Part shown: one piece after another, positions 47,208 through 61,017 of the stretch
How positions within the stretch are numbered: the first letter of the stretch is position 1
How the letters are laid out: every line of letters starts with the position of its first letter
From: Eledone cirrhosa
Taxonomy: Eukaryota
NCBI GenBank assembly: GCA_964016885.1
Contig: OZ024758.1
Location: 2,356,001 to 2,420,000 of the forward strand
Reading direction: 5' to 3'
Length of the DNA: 64,000 nucleotides
Position numbers and translations under genes: made by a program
Notes under the pieces: generated by a model
Seen by the model: only the letters and a program-made list of their open reading frames with translations
Told to the model about the DNA's origin: nothing
Databases searched by the model: none

Positions 47208-47387
47208 ATATATATATATATTTAAAAAAAGGAAAAGAATGACTTCACTATCTCTCTCTCTCTCGTCTTTTCTCTATCACTCTCTCTCTCTCTTTCTCTC
47301 TATATGTATTCTTGACTGGAGAGGGATTTGATTTTAGTTACATATTTATATGTATACTGTAATGTCATATGTACATCTCTCTCTCTC

Positions 47388-47432
<45 letters not shown>

Positions 47433-47941
47433 TACACACACAAATATATGTGGTGTGATGCAGGCTTTGTCAGTACAATGCCGGTATATATACATATATG
47501 TACGTATGTATATATATATATACTCTATACGTACATGATTGATGTGTTCACCTTCTACTTTTGTCAAGTAGACCAACATATATTTAACCTGAGACATTAC
47601 ATTTACTTCCCCGTTTCCCTCCTTATTCCTTCACCCTTTACTGCGGCTCCTATCATAGAGAACTCCACCCCTTTCACAAAAGAAGTCTATACGTCAGGCT
47701 CCCTAAACTCCTTTGATAATCGACCCCATCATGGAATCCTTTATCTTTCCTTGACCCACAGACATGGACAAAAATTGTATAAAATACATAAAAACAATAA
47801 TATTAAGAATTATTATAAAACATAATCCTATTACTGAGGGGGAAAATCTCCCAAAATAATATAAGTGATATTAAACAGTTTTAAATATATGAACATACCT
47901 TTATATTGAATTAGAATACATGGATAATGGTTTCTTATATA

Positions 47942-48064
47942 GACACAAGGCCATCAATTTTGGGGGAGGGGAAAGTCGATTAGATCGACCTCAGTGCGTG
48001 ACTGGTACTTTATTTTATCGACCCCGTAAGGATGAAAGGCAAAATTAACCTCGGCGGGATTTGA
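47942..48064 (-). mobile_element. SINE family A, long-3' variant, truncated
   Basis: Carries the extra ggggaggggaaagtcgattagatcgac segment. Confidence 0.85.
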
Positions 48065-48164
48065 TGACATGAATACTGTGAGGGATATATTCTATATACA
48101 TTAGAAATGACACTGTTATTTAGTTAAATGTTAGTGTATTTTACTAGTAACATATCGTTGGATT

Positions 48165-48296
<132 letters not shown>

Positions 48297-48828
48297 TAAC
48301 AATATATCGTTAAAGGTAATCCGATAAGAGTTTGTGAAAACTACTCATGATGGATAGTTTAAGCGTACGGTGATGTGTGACTCAACAAGAGGTTTACGTG
48401 GGTGACGAGTAAATGACTTCATTTGTTTTCCTATGTAAGTATATCTTGGAGTAATAAAAAAGATTTTATTAAAAAAGAGTAATAAAAAATAATTTTGCCG
48501 GTGTTATGCATTTAACTATATTTTCGTTTTTTCTTTCTTTTTTTCCCCTTCTTTCCATCTGTCCCCTTTCCTTTATTTCTCTCTATATTTCTCTCTATAC
48601 ATTTATCATCAATAATATTATTGATGTAGTAATTTGAATCTATATATTTACCGTTACACATATATGTTGTATTCTTTTCAGTGTCCGATGAAACGATGGA
48701 GGATCAATGTATGTTAAATTGAGTCTCACTATCTTCAGTGTTCAGCAATTTTTAGACTACTCTATCATAGAAACAATTGTCAGACTGTAAATAAATCTTG
48801 TTTATAATGTTGACCACGTTATTCTTCA

Positions 48829-48912
<84 letters not shown>

Positions 48913-49355
48913 CATACACATACATATATACGTACATCTATATACAGATATACGTGCATGTGCATGGCATAACATTGATAGTAAACTAAGCCCAATGGAG
49001 GTGGCAGGTGTGTACATATTGTAGATCTTTTTTCGTAAGTTCGTCGCTCTGAACTCACCTTTCGCTGGAGGTTACATCGGTGTCGGATTTTGATGATATT
49101 TACAAGTGTCTAACTCCTCCATTTAAATTGTCCAAACTAATATCAGTTGACTACCAAGAATGTAACATTGGAATTCGAATGTCTCAGATCAGGTTCGTCT
49201 TTAGAAGTTAGTGTAAAGTTAAGATATTGAAACCAGAGAGCAACAGGCGTGTGCCTCTGTAACTCATTTGCGTTGTCTGTGTCTATATATATATGTGTGT
49301 GTGTATATAAAATATGCATACACACACTCACACACATATATATGTACATATATAT

Positions 49356-49799
49356 ACTAGACCTGAAAAATGCGCAAGCTCAAAAGAGCCACAGAATGTT
49401 ATAATGAACCTTCAAAAGTGTGGGACTAGAGTTGTTGCTAAAAAATATTGTAATCATTATCTATCGTACATTCTGTGGCATCCTTTTATAAAAAAGAGAC
49501 TCATAACGAATTCAAGACGACACGATAATTATTTAAGCTAATGTTCAATATCTCATATTAGATGTTTAGTAATGATTAATACGAAATGCACTTAAACCGA
49601 ATTCTATATAAATTCACTTAAATAATTATCGTGTCGTATTGAGTTCGTTATGAGTCTCTTTTTTTATAAAAGGATGTCACAAAGTGTACGATAGATAATG
49701 ATTACAATATTTTTGAGCAACAACTCTAGTCCCACACTTTTGAAGGTTTATTATAACATTCTGTGGCTCTTTTGAGCTTACGCATTTTTCAGGTCTAGT
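49356..49799. mobile_element. Fold-back element or MITE with ~182 bp TIRs and ~79 bp spacer
   Basis: actagacctgaaaaatgcg ... cgcatttttcaggtctagt; the arms differ by scattered substitutions. Confidence 0.88.
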
Positions 49800-50572
49800 T
49801 TAATAACTCTAGTTAAATATGATATATATTAATAATAAATTATCGTTGTAATGTAATTAGATTATATAATTGTTATTTTATAAATGATCTTATAAATATT
49901 ATTGTAAAATGTATAAAAATATTTTCAGACTTTTAATATAAACAACTACAAAAAGCAATCAATATTAAATAAATATATTTTACATAATAATTGTTATAGT
50001 TGAATTAATAAAAATTAAATATTGCATACAAATAGTCTAACATAATAATAAAAAAATAATCTAACATAAAACGAACAATAATATGGACATATATACAAGT
50101 AAATACGATACAACTAATATTATAAGCATGTTATAACGAACTGAAAGAAAAATAGTTAATATGAATTTAAAAAATCATATATAAATTAACAATATAACTT
50201 ACCAAAACGAGAAAAATATTTTGATGATAAAACGACAAAATACAGGAGAGAGATTCGGAAGCGAAACGATAAATAAACGTGCAAACAAAACGCTTTTGAG
50301 CGACAATTACTCTCGTTGGTTGATTAGACAACAAGACGATGAAATTAGCCAATAAGACGATACATTACAAAACATGTTTGGAAGGAATCGCCACGGCCAG
50401 CAATACTCCTTGAATCTGTTATTCACAAGCTATGCATATATTGTCAGATGTCAGAAGACAACATGCAGACTTAAAACATTCTGTTGTTAGCCACTGCGTG
50501 TCTAACAGATATATGTACTACCCTAAGTCTGGTGTGTTATGGCCCACCTGGTATCTTACCATACCTTCTTTG

Positions 50573-50618
<46 letters not shown>

Positions 50619-50786
50619 GGGTATGAAATTAAACTGCATCCAGTGGCAAGGTTCTGGTGAATGTTGTTATCACTCCAAGGTCTGCTCTGGCCCGGAGTAG
50701 TAGTACGTGTTAGGGCCCCATTTATGGGTTAAATAATTACCTTACTCGAGTGGCGGCTATTATCAGCCATTGACATGAAAAGAATA

Positions 50787-50962
<176 letters not shown>

Positions 50963-51058
50963 ATAGGTAAAAATAATCCAAGGTAGAGAACAACTCAAGT
51001 CCGTTGGGCGAGTTTGAATATAATTATTAAGGCCAGTTACTACAATGGTGCCATGCCA

Positions 51059-51107
51059 GGTACGGACGTTTCGTTGGTCTTGGGAACCAACTTATTCAAC
51101 CGGTACC
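51059..51107 (-). ncRNA. Hammerhead-like motif with variant core (family H)
   Basis: GGUACcgG-UUGAAUA-A-GUUGGU ucccaag ACCAAC-GAAA-CG-UC^-CGUACC. Confidence 0.5.
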
Positions 51108-52554
51108 AATGAAAATGAACCCGTTTTTTTTCGGTTCATTTTCATTCTATGATATAAGAGGTGAAATTAACTTCTATAACAGTGTAGAGCAGGGACCTCA
51201 TTTGCCTTTAAAATGTGAGGGGGACACACCAACATTTGTTGATTCTTAAAGGAGCATGTTAGTATTACTTATGATTCCTTTCCCGGACCCTATTACATAA
51301 GTAACATTTTACGCTAATTAAATTTTATATATTCAAATGAAGTTCGGATAAAAAAAAATAAACTTAAAAAGAATTTATTATATCAAATAAACAAAAAATA
51401 AAACTGACGTTTGAAAAGGTGGACTTGTCCGCTGGTAACTCCCTGAAACAAGGACTTGGTAGAAAGTAATTCTTAACAGCATCACTGTATCTACGACTGA
51501 TGAATGGTTTGTTAGGTTTATGTAGTAGTCGTAACTTAGACGGGTGAATAGCATTAGGCTATTTTATGCCCATTAGATGATACATTTTAAGTTCGTAAAC
51601 ATAGAGTTTTACTGACGTCGGGTGTATAGGCTTCATCTTCTTGTCGCCTCCAAGGGTATATAGGCTATGGAGTATGACTGACACGTGTGTAAGAAAGGTT
51701 ATCGAAGTGAGAAGTGTGTTAACTTTATCACAGGAGTGTGTGTGTGTGTGTGTGAGTGTGTGAATGTATATTTGTGTGTTTATCTGTGTGGTTATGTGTG
51801 TGTTTATGCGTGTGGTTAGACGTAAGAGCAACCAATCTTTACTGTATATAAGGAAGAGTGTGTGTCAGTGTGAATGTATATTTGTTCTTGTGTGTGTTTA
51901 TGTGTGTTTATGTGTGTGTTTATGTGTGTGTTTGTGTGTGTTTATGTGTGTGGTTAGATGTAGCAGCACCCAAACCCTCACTGTATATAAGGGAAAGAGT
52001 GTGGAAGAGTGGAAGAAGTAATCAGAACCTGACACACAATTAGATTTATGGTGTTGGGTCGGACAAAGTCCCATCAACAACAAATGTTATGATGAAACCA
52101 TTTGACAGGACACTTTTAACCATGAAAAGAAAGGGATTCATCGGTGGGAAGTTTTTCTAGGAAGTTAATGTGAAACGGAACAATATTGTTTTCCTGTAAA
52201 GTTCACAAGGACGAAAGACCAATATTATGTAAGGTAGAGAAGCAGGTCACCGATGGATCTGACTCCAAAACACAGAAGAACAAACAGTTGATGGTCATTT
52301 ATGACTGTCAGCCTCATATGTAGATGTTGTGAATAGGTGCGAAAGGCGGGCAGTAGGCAATATCTGTCAAATGTTACCATAGATTAGCAGATTTAATAGT
52401 TTGGCAAGCATGGACAGTACACTGTTTAATTTTAATAGCAAGAACCCTGCTACAACCATCTGTAGAGTATATAGTCTTTTGTTATAAGAAGCGGGAAGGA
52501 GCCCCGCGAGGTGGGGTGGCTGTGGTAGCGGGTGTCGCTGGCCATTGTACGAGA

Positions 52555-52712
52555 GAATACTTTTGCGGTCTTGTCTGCGAAGCGCAGTTCCAATACCGCC
52601 ACGCCCTAGGCCTAGAGCCCACCCCCTCCCATGCTGTGACCCTAGATCCCTTGCCTTTCCTTTCCTTTGCCGTTTTCATAACCACAAAAGACACTTGCAT
52701 TTTTTTACAATA
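52555..52712 (+). repeat. Interspersed repeat, uninterrupted paralog of 56612-57160
   Basis: tttgcggtcttgtc.gcg...tgtgaccctaga...ccgttttcataaccaca..agacacttg. Confidence 0.75.
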
Positions 52713-53112
52713 GACTTATAAACTACATCATATATTCAGTAAACTTGAAAGAATTAGCAAATATTTCATTACCTGGCGTTGATTAATTGACCTCTAGTCA
52801 TAGATATGACCTGGAAATATATTTTGCATTACATTTCATTTCTGTACAGACAGCAGTCTAGCAAGAGAAGGAAAGACGTTTCTGAAATAAGTCTGAGAAT
52901 AAACTTAGGAATTTAACAAAATCAAATTGCCTTAAGATTATGAAATTTGATTCAATAAAATGTTAAATCGAAATCTCGCCGGTATCGAATATTTATGGGG
53001 CGGCGGTGGGGTTTCTTGTTTTTGAGGTTTCTTGTTTTTTCAGTAAAAAACGTTGCCGAATGACAGAGTTGGATAAGCTCCGAGAACACCATGCCTAATT
53101 ATATATAGTAGT

Positions 53113-53144
53113 AGAAAAACCACCCTCGGGTGGTTTTCTGCTAG
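53113..53144 (+). mobile_element. Possible Helitron 3' terminus
   Basis: GC hairpin aaaaccaccc tc gggtggtttt followed by CTAG. Confidence 0.35.
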
Positions 53145-53477
53145 CATGTGTAGTGTGTATATTGATATTATACACAAATATATATGCATGTAAATAAAAT
53201 CGTAATTGACAATATACACAGAAATTGAACGAAGACTGTGTTACACTGTCTTCTGTAATCAGTGACGTAATCCATGATACATTAAAAAAAAGACGATATT
53301 ATATATAAACTGCATTAGAAGAAAATTAGCGACGGAAATATATGCGATTATAAGTGTTATAATATAACGGCCGCTAACCGGAAGTGTTGACATTTGACAA
53401 TTTTAGAAGTGAATCATTGAATAAGCTATAAAATATATTTAATCAACAGCCACGAAATTTAGTGGATAAATTATGTA

Positions 53478-53579
53478 CGAGGTTAACTTTGCCTTTCATC
53501 CTTACGGGGTCGATAAAATAAAGTACCAGTAATGTACTGGGTATTTTGCTGGCCTTGTGCCAAAAGTAGAAACAATTAT
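53478..53579 (+). mobile_element. SINE family A, 3' half
   Basis: Homologous to family A. Confidence 0.88.
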
Positions 53580-53787
53580 TTATTCAAAGTAATCCAACTT
53601 ATTTTACAAACGGGATAAAAACAAATATATCCTGGACGCAGTCCCGCACTCCTTTCTTATTATTCTAAAGAATGAAACAGTTCTAGTCCTGTAGAATCTC
53701 ATCTATATTAAAACGTTTATACTCTGCTATGTATTGAGTACCTTACTTACTGTGGTTACCTCCGATTCAACCCGGAATAACGTACTA

Positions 53788-53896
<109 letters not shown>

Positions 53897-53925
53897 GAGT
53901 AGTGACACACGAGTTGATATATATT

Positions 53926-54068
53926 AGGAAAATAAGAAAAACAGTAGAAGATGCTAATGGGATTTTCTCATGGAATAACAACAAAACATTTATTTAAAAA
54001 AAGGGTGTTTTGCTGTTATTCTATGAGAACACCCCATTAGCATCTTCTACTGTTTTTCTTATTTTCCT
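53926..54068. repeat. Inverted repeat, ~63 bp arms, ~17 bp spacer
   Basis: aggaaaataagaaaaacagtagaagatgctaatggg ... cccattagcatcttctactgtttttcttattttcct. Confidence 0.9.
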
Positions 54069-54079
54069 TTTATATATAT

Positions 54080-54137
<58 letters not shown>

Positions 54138-54142
54138 TAATA

Positions 54143-54331
54143 ATAATTGTTTCTACTTAGGCACCAGGCCAGCAATTATCCCAGTACATTACTGGTACTT
54201 TATTCTATCGACCCCGTAAGGATGAAAGGCAAAGTCAACCTCGGCGGGATTTGAACTCAGATCGTAAAGTGACGTAACTATGCTGGAAAGCATGGCGTCC
54301 GACCCTCTACCGATACTGCCAATCCACCGCC
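54143..54331 (-). mobile_element. SINE family A, full length
   Basis: Homologous to family A. Confidence 0.92.
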
Positions 54332-54422
54332 ATTAATAATAATATATTAATAATAATAATAATAATAATAATTAAGGGTGAAAGCAACGATTCTTTGCTT
54401 AAACTTTAATCTGTTATTTTAA

Positions 54423-54525
<103 letters not shown>

Positions 54526-54547
54526 CATATATGTAGAAGAGATATAT

Positions 54548-54620
<73 letters not shown>

Positions 54621-54809
54621 GGAACCAGTAAGACCCCGACAGTTGAGCTCAAGCCGTTTCGACGGCTAATTCTGCTGAATTAGCCGTCGAAACGGCTTGA
54701 GCTCAGCTGTCGGGGTTTTACTGGTTCCTATTACCCACTCTACTACCTCAAGTATTGAGTACTTTGGTGCGTTATGGTCCACCTGGTTCCTTACCACATT
54801 TCCTTCGTT
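54621..54809 (+). mobile_element. Family J element, longest copy: 108 bp hairpin plus unique tail
   Basis: Hairpin at 54621-54728 contains GAAA-CGGC-uugagcuca-GCUG-UC^-GGGG (helix III and GUC site at 54711). Confidence 0.85.
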
Positions 54810-54857
54810 ATATATATATATATATATACATATATGTAGAAGAGATATATATTTACA

Positions 54858-54900
<43 letters not shown>

Positions 54901-54981
54901 AAAGTAAATAACAACAACAAGGAGCACAGTTACGAAAGGTGTTAGGTATTAGATTCACGCTTGAGAGTGGAGGTGGGGGAC

Positions 54982-55012
54982 GACGTTTCGGGCATAAACC
55001 CTTCATCAGAAG
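54982..55012 (-). ncRNA. Minimal hammerhead core (family E) with poor helix I
   Basis: CUGAUGA-A-GGGU uuau GCCC-GAAA-CG-UC; ACGU palindromic helix III. Confidence 0.55.
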
Positions 55013-55046
55013 AATGGTGGGAAGTAGAGGAGTTCCGAGAGGGTGT

Positions 55047-55086
<40 letters not shown>

Positions 55087-55428
55087 TATACTGTCTTCCC
55101 TTCTCCTTGTTCACATAATCCCCGCCATCACATTTTATCATTATTCCGCTGCTAATTTTATCACACCTATTCTTGTGTCACCAATTGTCACGTGTCTATC
55201 TCGCGAGACTACCTTTTCCCTGTAAAATATAAATGCCACCCCTACTGAGTTGATATAGCCAGATGCCTGGTCTCTACTGATGCCAAGTGCTTGTTGTTGT
55301 TGTTGCTGTTACTGTTGTTGTTTTGTGTTTTATAGCGCAGGGCAGCTGCTTTTGAAACCGAGTCTTCATAACAAATTGTTATGACCGTAACGTCTGCCCA
55401 GAATGCCTATCACCAATGACTCTGACAC

Positions 55429-55465
<37 letters not shown>

Positions 55466-55852
55466 ACACACGCGCGCGCACGCACACACACATCAGGAAC
55501 AAAAGAAAACAGCCCGGGTCGTGTTTCGACCACCAAAAGAGAGGCGAAAACCTATTCTGGATAGGAAAACTATATATGTGTGTATGTGACATACACACAT
55601 ATTACATATATATATATATATGTGTGTGTATATATGTGTGTGTGTGTGTGGGGGGGGGGGGGATCTAGTCATCCCAACGCAGTTGACTATGGCATTAGTG
55701 GGTCATATATCAGCGACTGCTGTATATAACACTTTTACACACATGCTGAGGAAACTGTGACATGTTCAGTGTTTTAGATACAAACAGTGTGAAAAATTGT
55801 ATGTTTATTATACATAAACATATTGTATGTGGGTTTATATACACCTTCATTG

Positions 55853-56345
55853 AAGGCATAGCGTAGTAGTTAGAGCATTGGGGTTGCAATCGGAAGGATG
55901 TGAGTTCGATTCTCGGACCGGGTGATGCGTTGTGTCCTTGAGCAAGGCACTTTATTTCATGTTGCTCCAGTTTACTCAGCTGTTGAAATGAGTTGTGATG
56001 TCACTGGTGTCAAGATGTATCGACCATTGCCTTTCCCTTGGACATCATCATATATAGTGTATATATATACACAATACATAGTGTGTATGTATAATGTATA
56101 TATAATATACATAGTGTATACATACTGCATATACCGCATATATGAGTTGTGATGTCACTGTTGCCAAGATGTATCAGCCATTTCCATTCCCTTGAACATC
56201 ATCGGTGGTGTGGAGAAGGAAGGCTGGTATGTATGGGGGTCTACTGGTCTTCCACAAAAAACCTTGCATCGGAGGGAAACTTTCTAGGTGTAAATCCCTC
56301 CCATTGGTCATTTGTGACTGAAGGGGGGTCTTTACCTCTTACCTT
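55853..56345 (+). mobile_element. tRNA-derived CORE-type SINE (SINE family B)
   Basis: tRNA-like head (tagcgtagtagttagagc ... gagttcgattctc), CORE-like tgtgtccttgagcaaggcacttta, (ttacc) tail; head fragment also at 60084-60155. Confidence 0.75.
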
Positions 56346-56687
56346 ATACACCGTTATCTTGAATTACTCCGTGTTAGTACTGTCGCTCTTTAAGACTAGC
56401 AATATATGTAAATAAGAAAGTGTATTGGAAGAGACATTAGAAAGTCAGATAGAATACTTTGCGGTGTTCGTTCCGGCCCTGTTCTCTCAGTTTAAATCCC
56501 ACCGGGGTCACCTTTGCCTTTCATCCACTTGAGGTCGACAAAGAAGTACCAGTCGAATATTGGAGTAGATTCTTCCTCTATATCTCTTTCTCACTTCAAT
56601 TTTCTCACTTTCTTTTTGCGGTCTTGTCCGCGGGGAACAGTCCCAATACCACCCCTTCCCCATCCGCATTGCTCTGTGACCCTAGAA

Positions 56688-57097
56688 CAAAGGTTCTCAA
56701 ACTTTTTGGGCCACCGTCCCACTCACGGCCACGTAATACCTTCAGCATCCCGAACCCTATTTCCAGAAAGACCTACGTACATGAAGATTGTAAATAATAT
56801 ATAATAAATAAAATCATTAATTTATATATAATAAATAATATAATATAATATATACTATGTATAAATAGATATATATATATATATATAGTAAAATAAAAAA
56901 TATATAATATAATATATAATAAATAATATACATGTGTTATAAATAAATACTATATACTTATTATTTTACTATATATATATGTATCATTTGATATTTAATA
57001 TACTATTCTATTATCTCTAGTGTCCCCTTAGATTCCAGCGCCCCCTGGACCTTCTCAATGCCCTCAGGGGGTGGACTGTAGCACCCACGAACCTCTT
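56688..57097. mobile_element. hAT/Charlie-like MITE
   Basis: ccctagaa|CAAAGGTTCTCAAACTTTTT ... gaacctctt|ccctagag; 8 bp TSD (7/8) of the CTAGA type. Confidence 0.8.
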
Positions 57098-58183
57098 CCC
57101 TAGAGCGTTTGCCTTCCTTTTCCGTTTTCATAACCACATGAGACACTTGAATTTTTTATGATAAATCGAATGATTGGAGCAATAGTTACGTAGGCAATGA
57201 TATTCTTTACACTCTGCTCTTTTAAACTAATCTTCTTGTTGTTGTTGTAGTTGTTGTGTTTCTTTACATGAGTAATAGAGAAATAAACAGAAGTTTTATT
57301 GCTGTTCACCGATTACATACATGTACAATCTTTGACAGATTGGGAGACATTAAAGGATTAGTCTTCATTTGTTTTCTCCTATTCAGCGAAAACATAATAG
57401 TACTGATGTTTGGTAGGCACCTGGAGTTACTACATTGCGTTTTAAGGGACATTATTCGTAACTAAGTCATGTCTGTTAGTTCAACCTCTAAAATATTTCT
57501 GATGTTACCTGAAGCTTAAAGTCAGAATCTAATTAATGAGATGTCACAAGTTATTCTAGCTGAGACAACCGATACACATCACTGGTCTGAACACCTGTGC
57601 TTTAGATCAGATGTGCTTTTCTGGCCGATTACACCCAAACGGTCCTCGATTCTGACCTCCATTTTTGTTAACCAATCACATTGATTAATGACATTTTGTT
57701 GTATCACTTTCTTTCTCGGCTCTTTATTGATGATAATAGCTCTAATCTCGTGAAGTTACGTCTTATTCTCATCTCTTTCAAGAAAGTAAATACAAACGAT
57801 ACTGAGAGACGTAAATTTAGAAAATAAATGTGGCGTTTAAAGAGACATGAGATAAATATATAATATATAAAAGTATTTAGAAGTATTTAAAATAGTTGCT
57901 GGCGAGTTATACGTTGCTTGTATGGTTGTATGTGATTACCGCTGTGTTATGATGTGTATGTGTCTGTCTGTCTGTATGTCAGTGTGTGTGTGTGTGCCTG
58001 TCTGTCAGTGTGTGGGTGTTTGTCTGTATGTGTATATGAGAGAGAAATTGTGTGTCCGTATATGTATGCATGCGCGTGTGTGTACACAGTAAACTTTATG
58101 TGTTCCTATGCTTCCTCTAGTTGTCTCAGTTATGAGTCGCAGATGTAATTGTTGGTATATAAACTATTGAAGTAAGAGAAGGA

Positions 58184-58214
<31 letters not shown>

Positions 58215-58221
<7 letters not shown>

Positions 58222-58535
58222 ATACTTTGGGAGGGTCATGTTGCCAATAAGAAACACACGCACCAGTTGCTTTCACTTCAATTTATTATAATAAATTCAT
58301 AAATTTGGGAATTTATAAATTTCCGGTTGGTTGGTTGGTTCCACAACCAGATGATTGTTTATATATTGTCAAAGTTCTTTCGTCACACATTCTGTGACCT
58401 CTTCAGTGACTGGGGATTCTTTTGTTTTTTTTTGTTTTTTTTGTTTTTGTGCCTCTCCTTTGTTCTGTCCTACGCCATCTTGTTTTTGTGTTTCAAAGAT
58501 AAAGAATCTTGCTAAACAAATTCAGAAACGAAATA
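58215..58535 (-). mobile_element. Family B element, non-palindromic copy
   Basis: Homologous to 15327-15578 plus 15851-15890; (TA)n on both sides. Confidence 0.9.
58368..58410 (-). ncRNA. Minimal type I hammerhead (family B)
   Basis: GUCA-CUGAAGA-G-GUCACA gaaug UGUGAC-GAAA-GaaC-UU^-UGAC. Confidence 0.78.
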
Positions 58536-58802
58536 TATATATATATATATATAGTACTGTGGTTTATTCATCCTCTCTCTGGAAGAAATCTGCTGTACTC
58601 AGGGCCTGGAGAGGAGATGAGCTCGGCCGGGCTTAAAACGCCCAAGAAACATCGAATGTCATTACGGTACCCCTACGACTCTATCAGGAGTTACGAGACC
58701 ATACATACAATATTGAAGGATATATTTAATGGAGGTTAGCTAAGCAGACTGTATTCTGTATTCAGCTAGATTGATAAACAAACGACTACATTGGTTAGAT
58801 TA

Positions 58803-59228
58803 CCAGACTTAGACCAATTACATCAATTGTCAAGTCAAGAGTACTCAAACTATACGGTAATATAATAAGATCAACACGTGGTGTGAGTAGGTTATGCTTG
58901 GAAGAAGGGTTGGCTGCTAAGAGAAGCAGAGGCCGACAGCCAAAACAATGGCTTGACAATATCAACTTATGGACTGGATTTGGTCTTTGCTCTTTAAACT
59001 CTGCTGTTGGTGATCGAAAGGTAATATATATGCCTGGAAAGAAGGTTGGCTGGTAAGAGAAGCAGAGGCCGACAGCCAAAACGATGGCTTGATAATGTCA
59101 ACCTATGGACTGGACTTGATCTTTGCTCTTTAGATTCTGCTGTTGGTGGTCGAACTTTGTGGAGAAAAATATCTCATGCTGATGCACAATCTGTAACTGG
59201 CGGAGTTTAGCGTCAAAGTAGTAAATAG
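58803..59228 (+). mobile_element. RTE/BovB-like LINE 3' remnant (R2) with internal duplication and 16 bp TSD
   Basis: IVKSRVLKLYGNIIR...KRSRGRQPKQWLDNINLWTG, with the latter part duplicated; tacattggttagatta at 58787 and 59229; 3' tip also at 63377-63415 (-). Confidence 0.8.
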
Positions 59229-59311
59229 TACATTGGTTAGATTAATAAATAAATAACTACATTGGTTAGCAAACAACTGAGGTGTGAGTAAAGAATATAT
59301 ATTGCTGTATA

Positions 59312-59411
59312 CAGGGTGTGCCAAAAAAATGTATACAAACTTTGATTACCTATACAGGCAATATTTATTACACTGTTATTAAAGTGTGTATACATTTTGT
59401 GGGACATTTTA
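59312..59411. mobile_element. ~100 bp Tc1/mariner-type MITE
   Basis: TA|cagggtgtgccaaaaaaatgtatacaaacttt ... aaagtgtgtatacattttgtgggaca. Confidence 0.7.
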
Positions 59412-60201
59412 TATAACAGACCAGTTACTGTGAATATGTAACAAATGGTACACAGATGATCTATAACTGAGTTACTAAAATGAAATATTTGTCAACATTG
59501 CTAAAGGTGGTAAAGTCAACATTAACCGAACGTAACACTACCACAAATAAAGTGAAAAGAATAGACGACCCAGATTCCTTGTCCTGTAAACTTATCTAAT
59601 CAAAGCTATAGTTGTCTTAACACAGCTTGGTTAGTTTGAGCTGGTGTGTCTGTTATTGCATCTTTCAGAGACCAGATTTTATGTCATTAACACACTGCTC
59701 CCTAAAACATCTGTTACTTATTTTCTGCTTCTTTTTGTGCAATTAATATTTGCATTTTCAACTTGTCCTTTTATCGTTCTTCTTTGTAAAATGTCTCTAC
59801 CTAGGATATTGTAATTATTTTCTCTACTTTTATTGATTCCATTTTGTTTGTTTTTGTTATAAATGTTATTTGCAAACTATTTCAAACTGTTCTGAAGAGA
59901 AATACGATATTACTTTCCACATATTCTATAGAACTTATAAAAATAACTATCGTAGCTTAAAAAAAAAACTTAGATGAGTATATATATATTTTTTTAAAGT
60001 AATTAAATATTTTAAGAGAGTCAAATATTGATTGTTTGATGTGAAATAAGGATTAGTAAGGTTAAGTGTTGATTAATGGAAGAGAAGGCGCGAGATTTAG
60101 TGATTAGAAGAGTTGGATTCGCAATCTCACGATTGCGAGTTCAGTTCAATTCTCGAAATATTTGACTGCTAACATTTTTAAGTTGACAGTGATAAACTGA
60201 G

Positions 60202-60407
60202 GGCGGTGAATTGGCAGTATCGGTGGAGCGTCGGACAATATGCTTTATACGCATAGAGATACGGTCCTTTACGATCTGAGTTCAAATCCTGCCGAGGTTA
60301 GCTTTGACTTTCATCCTTACGAGGTCGATAAAATAAAGTTCCAGTAATGTACTGGGTCGATATAATCGACTTTCCCCTCCCCCAAAATTGTTGCCCTTGT
60401 GTCCAAT
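60202..60407 (+). mobile_element. SINE family A, long-3' variant, full length
   Basis: A and B boxes; gtcgatataatcgactttcccctccccc segment. Confidence 0.9.
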
Positions 60408-60750
60408 ATTTCTTATAGACTTGCAGAAATCAGCGAGAAACTATTCAAATAGATCTTCTTCAAAATATTCCTGGAAATTATAAGATGGAAGTTTTCAGTG
60501 ACAACCCTTTCTCTATTTGAGTTATATTTGAGACTTCACTCCCTGACTAACGAATTATTGGATTCAAATAAATCAGTTAAACCAGTCGTGGATACTCGAG
60601 TCTTCTTGGAATAATTTATACTAACTGTAAAATAATACTGAGAAGAAATATAGGAGTGTCTTTTATTGAATTCTCTTAAATATGTACGTGTGTGTGTGAT
60701 ATATTATGCATATGCATTCCATTTACACATATGCATTCATACTCATATGC

Positions 60751-60804
<54 letters not shown>

Positions 60805-60807
<3 letters not shown>

Positions 60808-60853
60808 AAAAGCCAGGACCCCGACGGCTGAGCTCCGGCCGTTTCGACAGCTA
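60805..60853 (-). mobile_element. Family J fragment
   Basis: Minus strand tagctgtc-gaaa-cggccggagctcagccg-tc-gggg. Confidence 0.78.
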
Positions 60854-60872
60854 TATCCGAACTCTTTATCTA

Positions 60873-60904
<32 letters not shown>

Positions 60905-60947
60905 CACGCACACATACATAATAATAATAAAAGGACGATTTGTTATG

Positions 60948-60981
<34 letters not shown>

Positions 60982-61017
60982 ATATATATATGATGATAAT
61001 AATAATAATAATAATAA

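Noticed and set aside
48680-48750. ccgatgaa motif as a hammerhead
   Set aside because: No GAAA and no helices
53260-53400. Promoter-like motifs (tgacgtaa, ccggaagtg)
   Set aside because: Short motifs with no associated gene; cannot be distinguished from chance
55853-55925. tRNA gene
   Set aside because: Degenerate tRNA-like head continuing directly into a SINE body
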